NCBI GenBank assembly: GCA_041694815.1
Contig: JBGFSC010000001.1
Coordinates: forward strand, 1-34,534
Direction: 5' to 3'
DNA length: 34,534 nt
Origin: Elusimicrobiota bacterium
GTDB lineage: Bacteria > Elusimicrobiota > Elusimicrobia > UBA1565 > JACRDR01
In this document: one piece after another, positions 1 to 8,887 of the stretch
How positions within the stretch are numbered: position 1 is the stretch's first letter
Layout: each line of letters opens with the position of its first letter
Made by a program: the position numbers and the translations under genes
The notes under the pieces: generated by a model
What the model was told of the DNA's origin: nothing
Databases searched by the model: none
What the model saw: only the letters and a program-made list of their open reading frames with translations

Positions 1-68
1 TCACAAAGAAAAAAGAAGCAAAAAAGAAAGGAACTGCCGACGACGATCTTCTCACTCACCCCAAACAT
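1..68 (-). CDS. Possible 5' end of a membrane/exported protein gene running off the left edge
   Basis: ATG at 68 gives MFGVSEKIVVGSSFLFCFFFLC, open to the window edge and hydrophobic. AAGGAG lies at 89-84, with a rather long 15-nt spacing. Confidence 0.4.
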   Translation of the reverse strand, partial: MFGVSEKIVVGSSFLFCFFFLC

Positions 69-70
69 CA

Positions 71-112
71 GGACGTTTCTATTCTCCTTAACTACCGGAC
101 ATTTCTATTCTC
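71..112. repeat. 16-bp imperfect direct repeat, 26-bp period
   Basis: GGACGTTTCTATTCTC (71-86) and GGACATTTCTATTCTC (97-112), one mismatch. Confidence 0.8.
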
Positions 113-147
113 GTTTGACAGACGAAAAAAGCCGCGCGGCCCGCGAG

Positions 148-1248
148 CTAAATGAAATTCGGGTGCTGCCTCGGCGAGTCGGAACCCTCGGCCGGGCGGC
201 CGTTTTCCTTAATGTCCCAAAGAATGGTGTTGAAGGAATCGCAGCGGCAGAGGGGAGGGCAGTCGCGGAAATCGACGCTGTCGGCCACCTTCTTGCGCTC
301 GGTGGAGTTCCACAGCTCGGGCAAGCTGCGCTTCGACAAATCACCGAGGCAGTACTTCTCGACGCCGCGCATATGGCAGCAGACGTACATCTTGCGATCC
401 GCCGAAACGACTGCGGCGAAATTCTGGCCGTAGCATCGCTTATAGTCCCGCTCCAGTTGCCCGGCCTGGATCAGTCGATATTTATGCTCGGAATGGAGGA
501 CCTTATACCCATCGGTGGATAACTGCGCGGCGCGGCGCATCTCCTCGAGAATCTCGCCGTCGCTGTAATCCACGTCGGGCCGGCCGTGGCGGCGAAGCAG
601 GGGACGGTACTGGGCGTAATCGACCCCCAGCTCCCGCCCCAGGAGGGCAAAGGCGACTATGTCGCGCTTGGTCTCGTTGGAAGTCAGGAAACCGATCCCG
701 ACCGTGCATGCGGAGCCCGTCTCCTTCTTGAGGCGGACGAGGTCGCGCACGTTGGCGAGGACCTGCCTAAAGAACGGCTCGTTCATGCCATGCGTAAGTT
801 TGAACACTTCCGGGGTGGCCGCGTCGATGCTGACGCGGATCCATTGGCAGTTTTCCAGCAAGACGCGGGCCTTCGCCTCCGTCAAGATTTGGCCGTTGGT
901 GATGAACCCAATGTCGAGACCCAGCGACCTCGCGTGCCGCACGGCATCCAGCACGATGGGGCTGACCAGCGGGTCGCCGCCGCCGGTGAAGGTCAGGCCG
1001 CGACCGCCGAACCCAGCGATCTCGCGGATGATGCGCTTGGCCTCCTCCAGGTGCATCCTGGCCTGGTCCCGCTCGGGAGCGTAGCCGAAGCAATGGGGAC
1101 AATCCTGGTTGCATAAATTGGTGAGATCCAGCTCATAGGTAACCGGGCGCGAATCGCCGGTCGCCAGCCACTCCTGGACCCGGTCCATGTGGCCATAAAT
1201 TTTGTCAGACGCGAAGGGCTGCGCGGCCTGCTCTTTTACGGCGGGCAT
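148..1248 (-). CDS. Radical SAM protein with C-terminal SPASM-type domain
   Basis: CNQDCPHC (CxxxCxxC), FTGGGDP, ITNG, VSIDAAT, and a Cys-rich C-terminus CYGQ...YVCC...LGDL...CPPLCRC. ATG 1248 is preferred over TTG 1269 because a promoter-like element overlaps the latter. Confidence 0.93.
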   Translation of the reverse strand: MPAVKEQAAQPFASDKIYGHMDRVQEWLATGDSRPVTYELDLTNLCNQDCPHCFGYAPERDQARMHLEEAKRIIREIAGFGGRGLTFTGGGDPLVSPIVLDAVRHARSLGLDIGFITNGQILTEAKARVLLENCQWIRVSIDAATPEVFKLTHGMNEPFFRQVLANVRDLVRLKKETGSACTVGIGFLTSNETKRDIVAFALLGRELGVDYAQYRPLLRRHGRPDVDYSDGEILEEMRRAAQLSTDGYKVLHSEHKYRLIQAGQLERDYKRCYGQNFAAVVSADRKMYVCCHMRGVEKYCLGDLSKRSLPELWNSTERKKVADSVDFRDCPPLCRCDSFNTILWDIKENGRPAEGSDSPRQHPNFI

Positions 1249-1259
1249 GACGAGCGGAC

Positions 1260-1289
1260 AGGGTATCAAGAAACGGCGCCATTTGGCAA
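1260..1289 (-). promoter_or_regulatory. Putative sigma70-type promoter for the SPASM radical SAM gene
   Basis: Minus strand TTGCCA-18 nt-TACCCT with an extended -10 TG, 11 nt upstream of ATG 1248. Confidence 0.4.
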
Positions 1290-1326
1290 CTGAATTACGG
1301 ACCGATCCGGCGCTTACGCCATCCCT

Positions 1327-2133
1327 TCAAATGGAGCTGCGGTGATCGATGAAGCGATCCAACTGGTCCAGGACGTCCATCGCGTACCCGCACCACTTCT
1401 GGACTAATATCTCGCGATTGCGGACGCGCATCCCGTCGTAATCCATTCCTACGTAGCCCTTCCCACCGAAATGATGGAGATAGACGTCCTGGGCAACCGC
1501 CAGGCGATAGCCCGCCTGCCGGACCCGAATGCAATAATCGTAGTCCTCGTACCCGCCCGGCCCGAATCGCTCGTCGAGCAGCCCGACCCGGTCTAGAACC
1601 TCCCGCTTGATCAACATGCAGAAACCGATCACCCGGTGCGCCTCCTTCCAGCGCCCGTCGCGCTCGCGGGCCCAGCGCCTGGCGAATGGCTCGAAGCGGC
1701 CGGGGGACCGGTAATCCGGATCGCGCACCAGCTGGTGCCCGACGGCTCCGTTCGTGCAGGGGGCCACGATGCCGATGCGGGGCTCTCGTTCGGCGCATCG
1801 GATCATGCGCTCGAGCCATTGAGGACCGACCAAGGTGTCGGCGTTGAGCAACACGATATATCTGCCCTGAGCCAGCCGCATCCCCTGGTTGTTGCCGCCG
1901 GCGAAGTAGCGATTGCGGTCGTTCTCTACCAGGCGGACTCCGGACCGCCTGGCTAGGCCGCGCAAGTATGGCCCCGAGCCGTCCTGGGAGTTGTTGTTTA
2001 CGAAGATCAGCTCATAGGGAGTCCGGCGCGCGTCGGTGTTGCGCCGCAGGCTGCGCACGCAGCCCCGGAGGTACTTGCCGTCGTTGTGGCAGAGCAGGAC
2101 AACGCTCACCATTGGCCTGCGAGACGGGCGCAT
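1327..2133 (-). CDS. Glycosyltransferase family 2 (GT-A fold)
   Basis: VSVVLLCHN, NNSQDGS, NRYFAGGNNQG, LLNADT, GFCMLIKREVLDRVGLLDERF...EDYDYCIR. Start may be ATG 2133 or 2112. Confidence 0.93.
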   Translation of the reverse strand: MRPSRRPMVSVVLLCHNDGKYLRGCVRSLRRNTDARRTPYELIFVNNNSQDGSGPYLRGLARRSGVRLVENDRNRYFAGGNNQGMRLAQGRYIVLLNADTLVGPQWLERMIRCAEREPRIGIVAPCTNGAVGHQLVRDPDYRSPGRFEPFARRWARERDGRWKEAHRVIGFCMLIKREVLDRVGLLDERFGPGGYEDYDYCIRVRQAGYRLAVAQDVYLHHFGGKGYVGMDYDGMRVRNREILVQKWCGYAMDVLDQLDRFIDHRSSI

Positions 2134-2143
2134 TCCGATTTCT

Positions 2144-2149
2144 TACAAT
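2144..2149 (+). promoter_or_regulatory. Putative -10 element in the short divergent spacer
   Basis: TACAAT about 30 nt upstream of ATG 2180. No convincing -35. Confidence 0.3.
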
Positions 2150-2179
2150 GTTTCCCGGAGCCAGCACAAGCGACCGCTC

Positions 2180-4240
2180 ATGGGATTGCGGGAAAAAATC
2201 GACCTCGACGTCCTGACGATCAACGGCCTGTTCCTGTCGTACCAGCTGGCGGCGCAAAGGGCCTTCTATTATCACGTCCCGAAATTTCCGCTAACATTCG
2301 ACCTCGAAAGGACATTCGTCGTACTCCTAGTCTTCAACTTGGCCTTCGCCGGCTTGTCAGCCGGCTTGTTGGCCGCCTCGAAGGGCCTGGCGCCGCGTCG
2401 GCCTGCACTACTCTTAGGCTTGACCATCCCCCTTTCCGCGCTGCTCATTCGAGAATGGACACCTTCCGCGGTCCGGTCCTACTGGGCGTTGACGGCCATG
2501 GCTTCGCTTTCACTCTTCCTGCCTTCCGTCGTCTTTGGGATGGCGCTTGCGCGCCGGGCGGGCGAGGATGCCCCCCGCTTCCTACTGAATGCGGGGCTCG
2601 GCGCGGCCTCGGGCGTGCTCGCCTATCACACCGTCCTGGGATTTCTACCGTTCGCACTCACCTTCGCAGCCATCGCGCTCACCTTGATCACGATCGAGCT
2701 CCGGACAGGCGGTATCGGCGCGCGCTTTGCCGCGGGAGTCGGATGTGCACTGATAGCATTCACGTTTTATGCCGGCCGCCTTCCGGAAAACGGCGTTTTG
2801 CATCGAGCCTTCACCCCGCTCGGGGTGACGGAGGCCTACTCAAGCGGCCTTCTCGCGACCGACCGCGCGAGTCCTAGCTACGTCGCAAGGCGCGGCGATC
2901 CGAGCTCCATACAGACCCACGCGGACCTACCCTACCGGCTCCGACTCGCGCGCTCGGTGCTCATCCTAGGAAGCGGCGGGGGGCAGGACGTGGCCGCGGC
3001 GCTGCGCCACGGTGCGGATAGAGTGGTCGCGATCGAGATGGACAAGACGCGCGCGCGCCTCATGAGGGGAAAGCTCGCGGCGGCCTCGGATGCCCTTTAC
3101 CTCGATCCCCGCGTCGAGCTGATCGAGGACGAGGCGAGGCACGCGCTCCGTTATATTAAAGAGACCTTTGATCTTATTGTCGTCCAGCGCCCATGGACCA
3201 CTTTCTTTTCGGCCGGCCTGCCGTACGACTATGCCTTCCGGCTGCTGACCTCGCAAGCCTTCCGCGAGTACTCGCGCCTGCTCAAGCCCGACGGCCGCCT
3301 GTTCATCGCCCTTCCCTACAAGCCGCGTCAGACAGCCGTTTGGCAACGGCTGGGCGCTGCATTTGCAGACGCGTGGCCGGAAAAGGCGAGCCCAGGCCAC
3401 GTCGCTCTGCTCAAATCGGACCAGCTCGAATTGCCGTTACTGATCGCCCTTTTCGCGCGATCGCCCTTCTCGCGGGAAGAATGTCGTGCGTTGGGCGGAG
3501 CCGGCCTCGAGCTTGTGCACGCACCCGGCGCTCGACCTGAGTCCCCTCTCCAGCGCGCTTTTTTCAAGGGCGGAGCGACGGCAGATGATCGCCTGCTGCC
3601 GTTGTCAGCCGAAATGCTGCCGCCGGAGCGACGGTTAGCGTGGCTGTTCTCGGCGGCGCTGCTGCTCGCGCTTCTGCATGTGGGATTTAAGCGCTTCCCC
3701 ACGCGGTGGCATCCGGCGGGCTACCTCGGGCTCGGGATCGCCTATCTATGCCTGCAATCCTTCTTGATGCTGCATGCCGTCTTCTTTCTGGGCGACACCC
3801 TGGCGGCGTATCAGATCGCCCTGACCTGCTTCATCCTGTTCGGCGGCATAGGCTACCTGCACGCGGCCTCGGCCCCGAAGCCGGCAGTGCCCACTGCTGG
3901 GGCGGGCTTGCTGCTCCTGATCGCGGCCATCGGCCACACCGGCCTGCTCTGGGACCTGCCCTCGCATCCGGTCGCCGAGAAGGCCCTTGCGGGAATGCTC
4001 TGCGGCGCCGCGGGCTACCTGTCCGCCTATCCTTTCGGATTCGCCGTATCGAGAGAGAGCGACGCGGTCCGCGCGTACGCATGGGACAGCCTGGGCACGC
4101 TGCTCGGCTTTCCGATTCTCTTGATCCTGCTCCGGCTTCCCTTTCCCGATATGGCATTGCTGCTCGGATCGTCCTACGCGGTCGCCGGGCTTTCAGTTTT
4201 CCTGTCCGTCGATCGGCAGGCCACTAACGGTCACACTTAG
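2180..4240 (+). CDS. Multi-pass membrane protein with central spermidine-synthase-like class I SAM-binding domain
   Basis: Hydrophobic helices at both ends around VLILGSGGGQDV, VAIEMD, EDEARHAL, FDLIVV, LTSQAFREYSRLLKPDG. Start moved to ATG 2180 to remove overlap with the divergent GT2. Confidence 0.85.
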   Translation: MGLREKIDLDVLTINGLFLSYQLAAQRAFYYHVPKFPLTFDLERTFVVLLVFNLAFAGLSAGLLAASKGLAPRRPALLLGLTIPLSALLIREWTPSAVRSYWALTAMASLSLFLPSVVFGMALARRAGEDAPRFLLNAGLGAASGVLAYHTVLGFLPFALTFAAIALTLITIELRTGGIGARFAAGVGCALIAFTFYAGRLPENGVLHRAFTPLGVTEAYSSGLLATDRASPSYVARRGDPSSIQTHADLPYRLRLARSVLILGSGGGQDVAAALRHGADRVVAIEMDKTRARLMRGKLAAASDALYLDPRVELIEDEARHALRYIKETFDLIVVQRPWTTFFSAGLPYDYAFRLLTSQAFREYSRLLKPDGRLFIALPYKPRQTAVWQRLGAAFADAWPEKASPGHVALLKSDQLELPLLIALFARSPFSREECRALGGAGLELVHAPGARPESPLQRAFFKGGATADDRLLPLSAEMLPPERRLAWLFSAALLLALLHVGFKRFPTRWHPAGYLGLGIAYLCLQSFLMLHAVFFLGDTLAAYQIALTCFILFGGIGYLHAASAPKPAVPTAGAGLLLLIAAIGHTGLLWDLPSHPVAEKALAGMLCGAAGYLSAYPFGFAVSRESDAVRAYAWDSLGTLLGFPILLILLRLPFPDMALLLGSSYAVAGLSVFLSVDRQATNGHT

Positions 4241-4260
4241 AACAGATGGTGGCTCGAGAC

Positions 4261-4277
4261 TAAAATAAATATAGTGT
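4261..4277 (+). promoter_or_regulatory. AT-rich putative promoter for the TPR/SGNH operon
   Basis: TAAAATAAATATAGTGT with TATAGT at 4270-4275, upstream of ATG 4289 in an otherwise GC-rich context. Confidence 0.35.
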
Positions 4278-4288
4278 AGCCCGACACG

Positions 4289-5821
4289 ATGAAAAACATC
4301 TTCTATCTGCTCTGCCTCCTCACGCACTCGCCTTCGGCCGCCGCGGTTGATCTCCCTTGGAGCCGTGCGATGAGCGCGGGCCAAGCGGCCTACGAAGCGG
4401 GAGACTACCGGCGGGCGGAGACGTCTTTCAAGAAAGCGATCCGTCGCGCTGAAGCGGCCGGCCTTCCAGAGCTACAATTGGCCGTCAGCTGCAACAATCT
4501 GGCCCAGGTCTACCGGATGCTGATGCGCTATCGAGAGGGAGAGACCCTGCTTAAGCGATCGTTAGCCATCCGGGAAAGGCTGCTGGGCCCCGGAGACCCA
4601 GAGACGGCCGCGAGTGTCTACGCCCTCGGAACTCTCTACCAGGCAAATGAAAATTATGCCGCCGCAGGCCCCTTATTCCACAGGGCCTGGGCGATATGGG
4701 AAGATATCTTCGGTCCCGATTTCCCTCCCGTCGCGATGACCCTCAACAATCTGGCCACGAAATACCGCTACGAAGGCCGTTTGGCGGAGGCGGAGGCCGG
4801 CTATCGACGTTCCATAGAGCTCTTCGAGGCGACCGATCCATCTCATCCCGAACTGGCCTCGGCCCTGAATAACCTCGCTGAACTTTATCGTTCGGAAGGG
4901 CGATGTGATCAGGCCGAGGGGCTTTACCTTCGGGCCATCGCGATCGATGAAAAGACCCTGCACTCGGGACATCCCGATCTCGCGGCCCTGCTCACTAATC
5001 TAGGGCTGTTGCACCGCCAATGCGGGAAGCCAGAGCAAGCGAAGCCTCCACTGGAGCGCGCCCTGGACATACGCCGCCGGATCCTCGGAATCGATCATCG
5101 GACGGCTGAAAGCGCGTATCATCTCGGCGACTATCACCGCGACCGCGGAGCCCTTCCGGAAGCCGAAGCGCTCTACATGGAATCGTTGCGCATCATGCGG
5201 AAGGTATGGCCGAAGGGAAGCGAGCACTTCACGGTGCTCGTGCGGCTCGGTGAGCTCGAACGATCGAGGGGAAACTTCAGGAAAGCGGAGGGTTATCTTA
5301 CCCGGTGCAAGGATCTTCTCGAGAGGGTCCTGGGGCCCAAACATCCGGATTTTGCCGATTCCCTCGCCTCCTTAGCAAACCTCTATGAGCAACGGGGGCT
5401 CCAAGAGAAAGCCCAGCCCTTATACCAACGCGCGCTGCGGCTGCTCGAAGATGCGCTGGGACCGGAGGACCCTCGCGCACTCCGCTGCGCGTTCCGCCTA
5501 GCGCGAAGCTACGCGCTCACTGGCGATGACGGGCGGTCCGTGCTCGAGTACGAGAGGGCCCTACGATCCGAGAGAATGACATTCGACTCGACGGCCGAGC
5601 GCGCGATCGCGGATATCCAAGCCCGCGCGGGAGCCCTCTCCATCGATTCCGAGACGCTCTATCGCCAAGCCCTGGGCGCTCGACAGAAACACCGGGCCAA
5701 CAGGGCCGCTCGCCTGGCCGCTCATCTGAGGGAGTACGCCGAGGTCTTGGAGCGGCTCAAACGTGTTTCCGAAGCCCGACGGTCGAGGATGGAGGCGGAT
5801 CATCTCCTGCCCTTGGATTAA
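4289..5821 (+). CDS. Exported tetratricopeptide repeat protein (42-aa, kinesin-light-chain-like repeats)
   Basis: Signal-peptide-like MKNIFYLLCLLTHSPSAAA and repeated LNNLAxLY...AE.LY.RA..I....LG..HP units. Confidence 0.92.
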   Translation: MKNIFYLLCLLTHSPSAAAVDLPWSRAMSAGQAAYEAGDYRRAETSFKKAIRRAEAAGLPELQLAVSCNNLAQVYRMLMRYREGETLLKRSLAIRERLLGPGDPETAASVYALGTLYQANENYAAAGPLFHRAWAIWEDIFGPDFPPVAMTLNNLATKYRYEGRLAEAEAGYRRSIELFEATDPSHPELASALNNLAELYRSEGRCDQAEGLYLRAIAIDEKTLHSGHPDLAALLTNLGLLHRQCGKPEQAKPPLERALDIRRRILGIDHRTAESAYHLGDYHRDRGALPEAEALYMESLRIMRKVWPKGSEHFTVLVRLGELERSRGNFRKAEGYLTRCKDLLERVLGPKHPDFADSLASLANLYEQRGLQEKAQPLYQRALRLLEDALGPEDPRALRCAFRLARSYALTGDDGRSVLEYERALRSERMTFDSTAERAIADIQARAGALSIDSETLYRQALGARQKHRANRAARLAAHLREYAEVLERLKRVSEARRSRMEADHLLPLD

Positions 5822-5828
5822 GCCGATC

Positions 5829-6371
5829 GTGCTGGCCGCCCTCGCCGGTGCCATGCCCGCGTTCGCCGAGCCACCCGCCTTCGAGCAAGCGCTCTCGAGC
5901 GTGGGGATGGTCTACCGTGGCTCGAGCGCCTACCGCGTTGAGCGCGCCTATCGTCACGCCGAAGTTCCCGATCGAGGCCGCGCCGTTTACGAGACATGGC
6001 TGGGCTCCTCCGATCTTTTCCGTTTGAGGTTGCGGACCGTATCGCCGATAGCTCCGGAGAACGTCCGGCTCAGAATCGCCGTCCGGCTGAAGCATAAGGG
6101 CATCGACGCCGGTGGCAAAGGCGAGGGGTCATGGCTCATCTCGGGCGGCTCGCGCACCGCGGCGGGCGTCTTTCGCTATTGTCCCGCCGGCCGTTCGCTG
6201 GCAGAGATCGAATTGACTGCCGCCGGTTCCGCCTTCGAACCGACCCGCCTAATGGAGGAGGCGGACGCATTCCGCTGCGGCCAGGCGCACGGATTGCCAG
6301 AGCCTCCATCGGCCGATGATCCGCCATCGGATATTTTGCGTGGCCTCCGGGAGATGGGCTACGTCTATTGA
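5829..6371 (+). CDS. Hypothetical exported protein
   Basis: Fills the gap between two TPR genes. Signal-like VLAALAGAMPAFA-EPP, two Cys, C-terminal LRGLREMGYVY. Start uncertain (GTG 5829; track start 5763). Confidence 0.7.
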   Translation: MLAALAGAMPAFAEPPAFEQALSSVGMVYRGSSAYRVERAYRHAEVPDRGRAVYETWLGSSDLFRLRLRTVSPIAPENVRLRIAVRLKHKGIDAGGKGEGSWLISGGSRTAAGVFRYCPAGRSLAEIELTAAGSAFEPTRLMEEADAFRCGQAHGLPEPPSADDPPSDILRGLREMGYVY

Positions 6372-6375
6372 CAGC

Positions 6376-7578
6376 ATGCGGGTCCGAATCTCTTCTTTCC
6401 TTCTCGCCCTCTTTTTTCCGTTCTTCGGCTGTCGCGCCCACACGTCGGTCCAAGCCGATCGGCAAGCGGCCGCACGCTTGAGAGCGCGTCTGGAAGCCGA
6501 TCTCGCGGCCGGTAGCCTCACCGATGCAGAACGCTCCTGGAGGCAGGCGCAGACCGCGTGCCCTGGCTGCACGGAACTCTACGACTCTCTCGTCGCGTTG
6601 GGCTATCTCCAACTGGAGAGCGGACGCGACGAGCAGGCCCGCAACGCCTTCCAACAGGTCCGCGGGGCGACCGATTACCTCGGCTTGCACCACCTGGGCG
6701 GATATTACAATCTCATCGGCCGCTTCGATGAGGCGGAGAGGCATTACCTCAAGGCGCTCAAGGCCGAGGAGCAGGCGATGCTCTCGGCCGGAGATCAGAA
6801 CGTTCTGCCAACCATGATCCACACACTCCACGACTTGGCCTATATCTACTCGGTCCAGAAAAAGACCCACCTGGTCGAAGCTATACGGCCGCGGCTCGAT
6901 GCGTTGGTGCAGCGCATGTCGCCTCCTCGCGCGACCGAGCTAATCCGGTTGGCGCATGTGCAGCTCTTCCTCGGCAGGAATGCCGAGGCCAAGGCGCTTT
7001 TCATCCGGGCCCTTTCCTTGCCGAACGCCCATCGCAACGACGTCCTCGAGGCCCATCTCCGCCTTGCGGAGCTCGAGGCCGTACAGGGCCGCTTTCGCGA
7101 GGCGCACGAGATCTACCGCCTCCTGCTCGCCGATCCCGGATTAACGCCGATCGATCGGGCCGGCGTGCGCCGCGCATCGGGGCAACTCCACGCCTCGCAA
7201 GGATCGTTCGACGAGGCGGAAGCCGCGTTTAGGAGCGTTCTCGACGACACGGCTTCCATGCCCGCGCACCCCGAGAGGATGAGCGCGCTTTCCGGGCTCG
7301 CTCGGCTCTACGTTCGGATGGAACGCCTCGATGAGGCCGAAAGGCGCTACGACGAGCTCTGCCGAGCCTTGGAGCACCGAAAGGCGAGCCCGGCCCTCTT
7401 GGGCGCCCTCAGGGATTGGGCGGAGGTGAAGTCGGGCCGCGGGAGATACGAGGAAGCCGAGCTTCTCCTGAAACGGCGCCTCCAAGGGGCGAAAGGCTCG
7501 GGCAACCCATCGGAGATCGAACAAGCCGAGCAAGACTTGGCCCGCCTCCATGACCGAGCCCGCAGCGTCGTCCGCTAA
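6376..7578 (+). CDS. TPR protein, possible lipoprotein
   Basis: ATG 6376 follows the previous stop by 4 nt. MRVRISSFLLALFFPFFGC is lipobox-like. Several TPR helix pairs and a CPGC motif. Confidence 0.88.
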   Translation: MRVRISSFLLALFFPFFGCRAHTSVQADRQAAARLRARLEADLAAGSLTDAERSWRQAQTACPGCTELYDSLVALGYLQLESGRDEQARNAFQQVRGATDYLGLHHLGGYYNLIGRFDEAERHYLKALKAEEQAMLSAGDQNVLPTMIHTLHDLAYIYSVQKKTHLVEAIRPRLDALVQRMSPPRATELIRLAHVQLFLGRNAEAKALFIRALSLPNAHRNDVLEAHLRLAELEAVQGRFREAHEIYRLLLADPGLTPIDRAGVRRASGQLHASQGSFDEAEAAFRSVLDDTASMPAHPERMSALSGLARLYVRMERLDEAERRYDELCRALEHRKASPALLGALRDWAEVKSGRGRYEEAELLLKRRLQGAKGSGNPSEIEQAEQDLARLHDRARSVVR

Positions 7579-8887
7579 GGTGTTCCGTCGCGCCGCGCTG
7601 ATCCTCCTGGGCGCGGCGCTGGGATTCGTCGCGGGAGCGCGGCTCCAACGGATATGGAAGTCGCCTCCCGTGCCGCCCAAGCCCGCGCATGGGGTCCGTG
7701 TGATCGTGATCGGCGGTTCGGCCGCGAAAGTCTACATGAACGGCAACCGCTTAGCCGAATTTCTCGAACTGGCGCTGCCGCCGGGCACGCCGGTAGAACT
7801 CATCGGGCACGGCCAGGGCGGCATCGACAGCGAGGAGGAGAAGCGCGTCCTGGCGGCGAACCTGCGCCTCGGCCCGGACGTGCTCGTCCTCTTCTCGGGA
7901 AACAACGAAAGCGCTCCGGAAGGGTCGACCCTTGAACGGCGACACGCCCGGTTCGAGTCCAATCTGCGCGAAATGGTCCGCATGGGCCGTCGCGCCGGGG
8001 CCGCCGTCGTCGTCTGCACGCTTCCCGTCAATCCGGACAGCCCGCCGAAGCGAGACCCGCCATGGGATTCCGGCGAGTACCGCAAAGCCTTCGCGGCGTA
8101 CGACGCTGGCCGTTGGGAGCCCGCGGCGGTGCTCTTCGGCGCTTTCGCCAGCGCCCGACCTGATGAGCCCTTCGGGCTCTATTGGCGGGCGATGTCGAGC
8201 AAGGCTCGAGGCGATTACCGCGCGGCGCGGCGCGACTTCCTGCGCCTCCTCGAGCTCCGCAGCCCGGGCGCCACGCCGGCGATAAACCAGACGATCCGGC
8301 GCGTGGCCGCCGAGGAAGGAGCCGCGCTCGCGGACATCGAGAAAGCCTTCCTGGATTCCGATCCACGTTGGCAGCCGGACGGGCGGTATTTCGTCGACGG
8401 CACGCACTGGTATCCGGAATACAACCCGCTCGTCTCGTTAACCATTATCGACGCGCTGAGGCGCCGCCAAGCCGAGAGCCCGATCGCCGCGCTGCCGAAG
8501 GCGGACCTTTGGGACCTCTCCCGGCTCGGCCCCCGCCGGCGCGCGGCATCGCGCCCGAGGGTGCCGTATCCCGAGCATCTAGAGCGGATCGTGAACGTCG
8601 GAATCATGCTGGCCCTTACGACGAGGCTTTCCGACGGGCTCTCCGAATCAGCGCTCTACCAGTTCCAGCTCGCCCTCGGAATAGACCCGGGGGCTCTAGC
8701 GCGCCTGCTAGTCTACGACCGCGCGAAGGCCGCCTTCGCGGCCAATCCTTGGGGCAACCGGCTGCAGTCTCGACTGCGGGCCGAGTGGCCCCGCGTCTTG
8801 GCCCATGCCAAGGAAGCCGAACGGCGCATGAGCGGCGCGGCCGGCCGGCATCCATCTTATCGCATCCTACAACATGGCTCGCGTTAA
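7550..8887 (+). CDS. Membrane-anchored SGNH/GDSL-fold protein with inserted TPR
   Basis: N-terminal TM helix, VIVIGGSA (block I), GQGGIDS (II), LFSGNNE (III), TPR-like segment, FVDGTHW (V). Confidence 0.82.
   Translation: MTEPAASSAKVFRRAALILLGAALGFVAGARLQRIWKSPPVPPKPAHGVRVIVIGGSAAKVYMNGNRLAEFLELALPPGTPVELIGHGQGGIDSEEEKRVLAANLRLGPDVLVLFSGNNESAPEGSTLERRHARFESNLREMVRMGRRAGAAVVVCTLPVNPDSPPKRDPPWDSGEYRKAFAAYDAGRWEPAAVLFGAFASARPDEPFGLYWRAMSSKARGDYRAARRDFLRLLELRSPGATPAINQTIRRVAAEEGAALADIEKAFLDSDPRWQPDGRYFVDGTHWYPEYNPLVSLTIIDALRRRQAESPIAALPKADLWDLSRLGPRRRAASRPRVPYPEHLERIVNVGIMLALTTRLSDGLSESALYQFQLALGIDPGALARLLVYDRAKAAFAANPWGNRLQSRLRAEWPRVLAHAKEAERRMSGAAGRHPSYRILQHGSR

Noticed and set aside
148..1248. 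SPASM radical SAM as an anaerobic sulfatase maturase for the 32666 gene
   Set aside because: The sulfatase-fold protein has no C/SxPxR target, and the two genes are over 31 kb apart.
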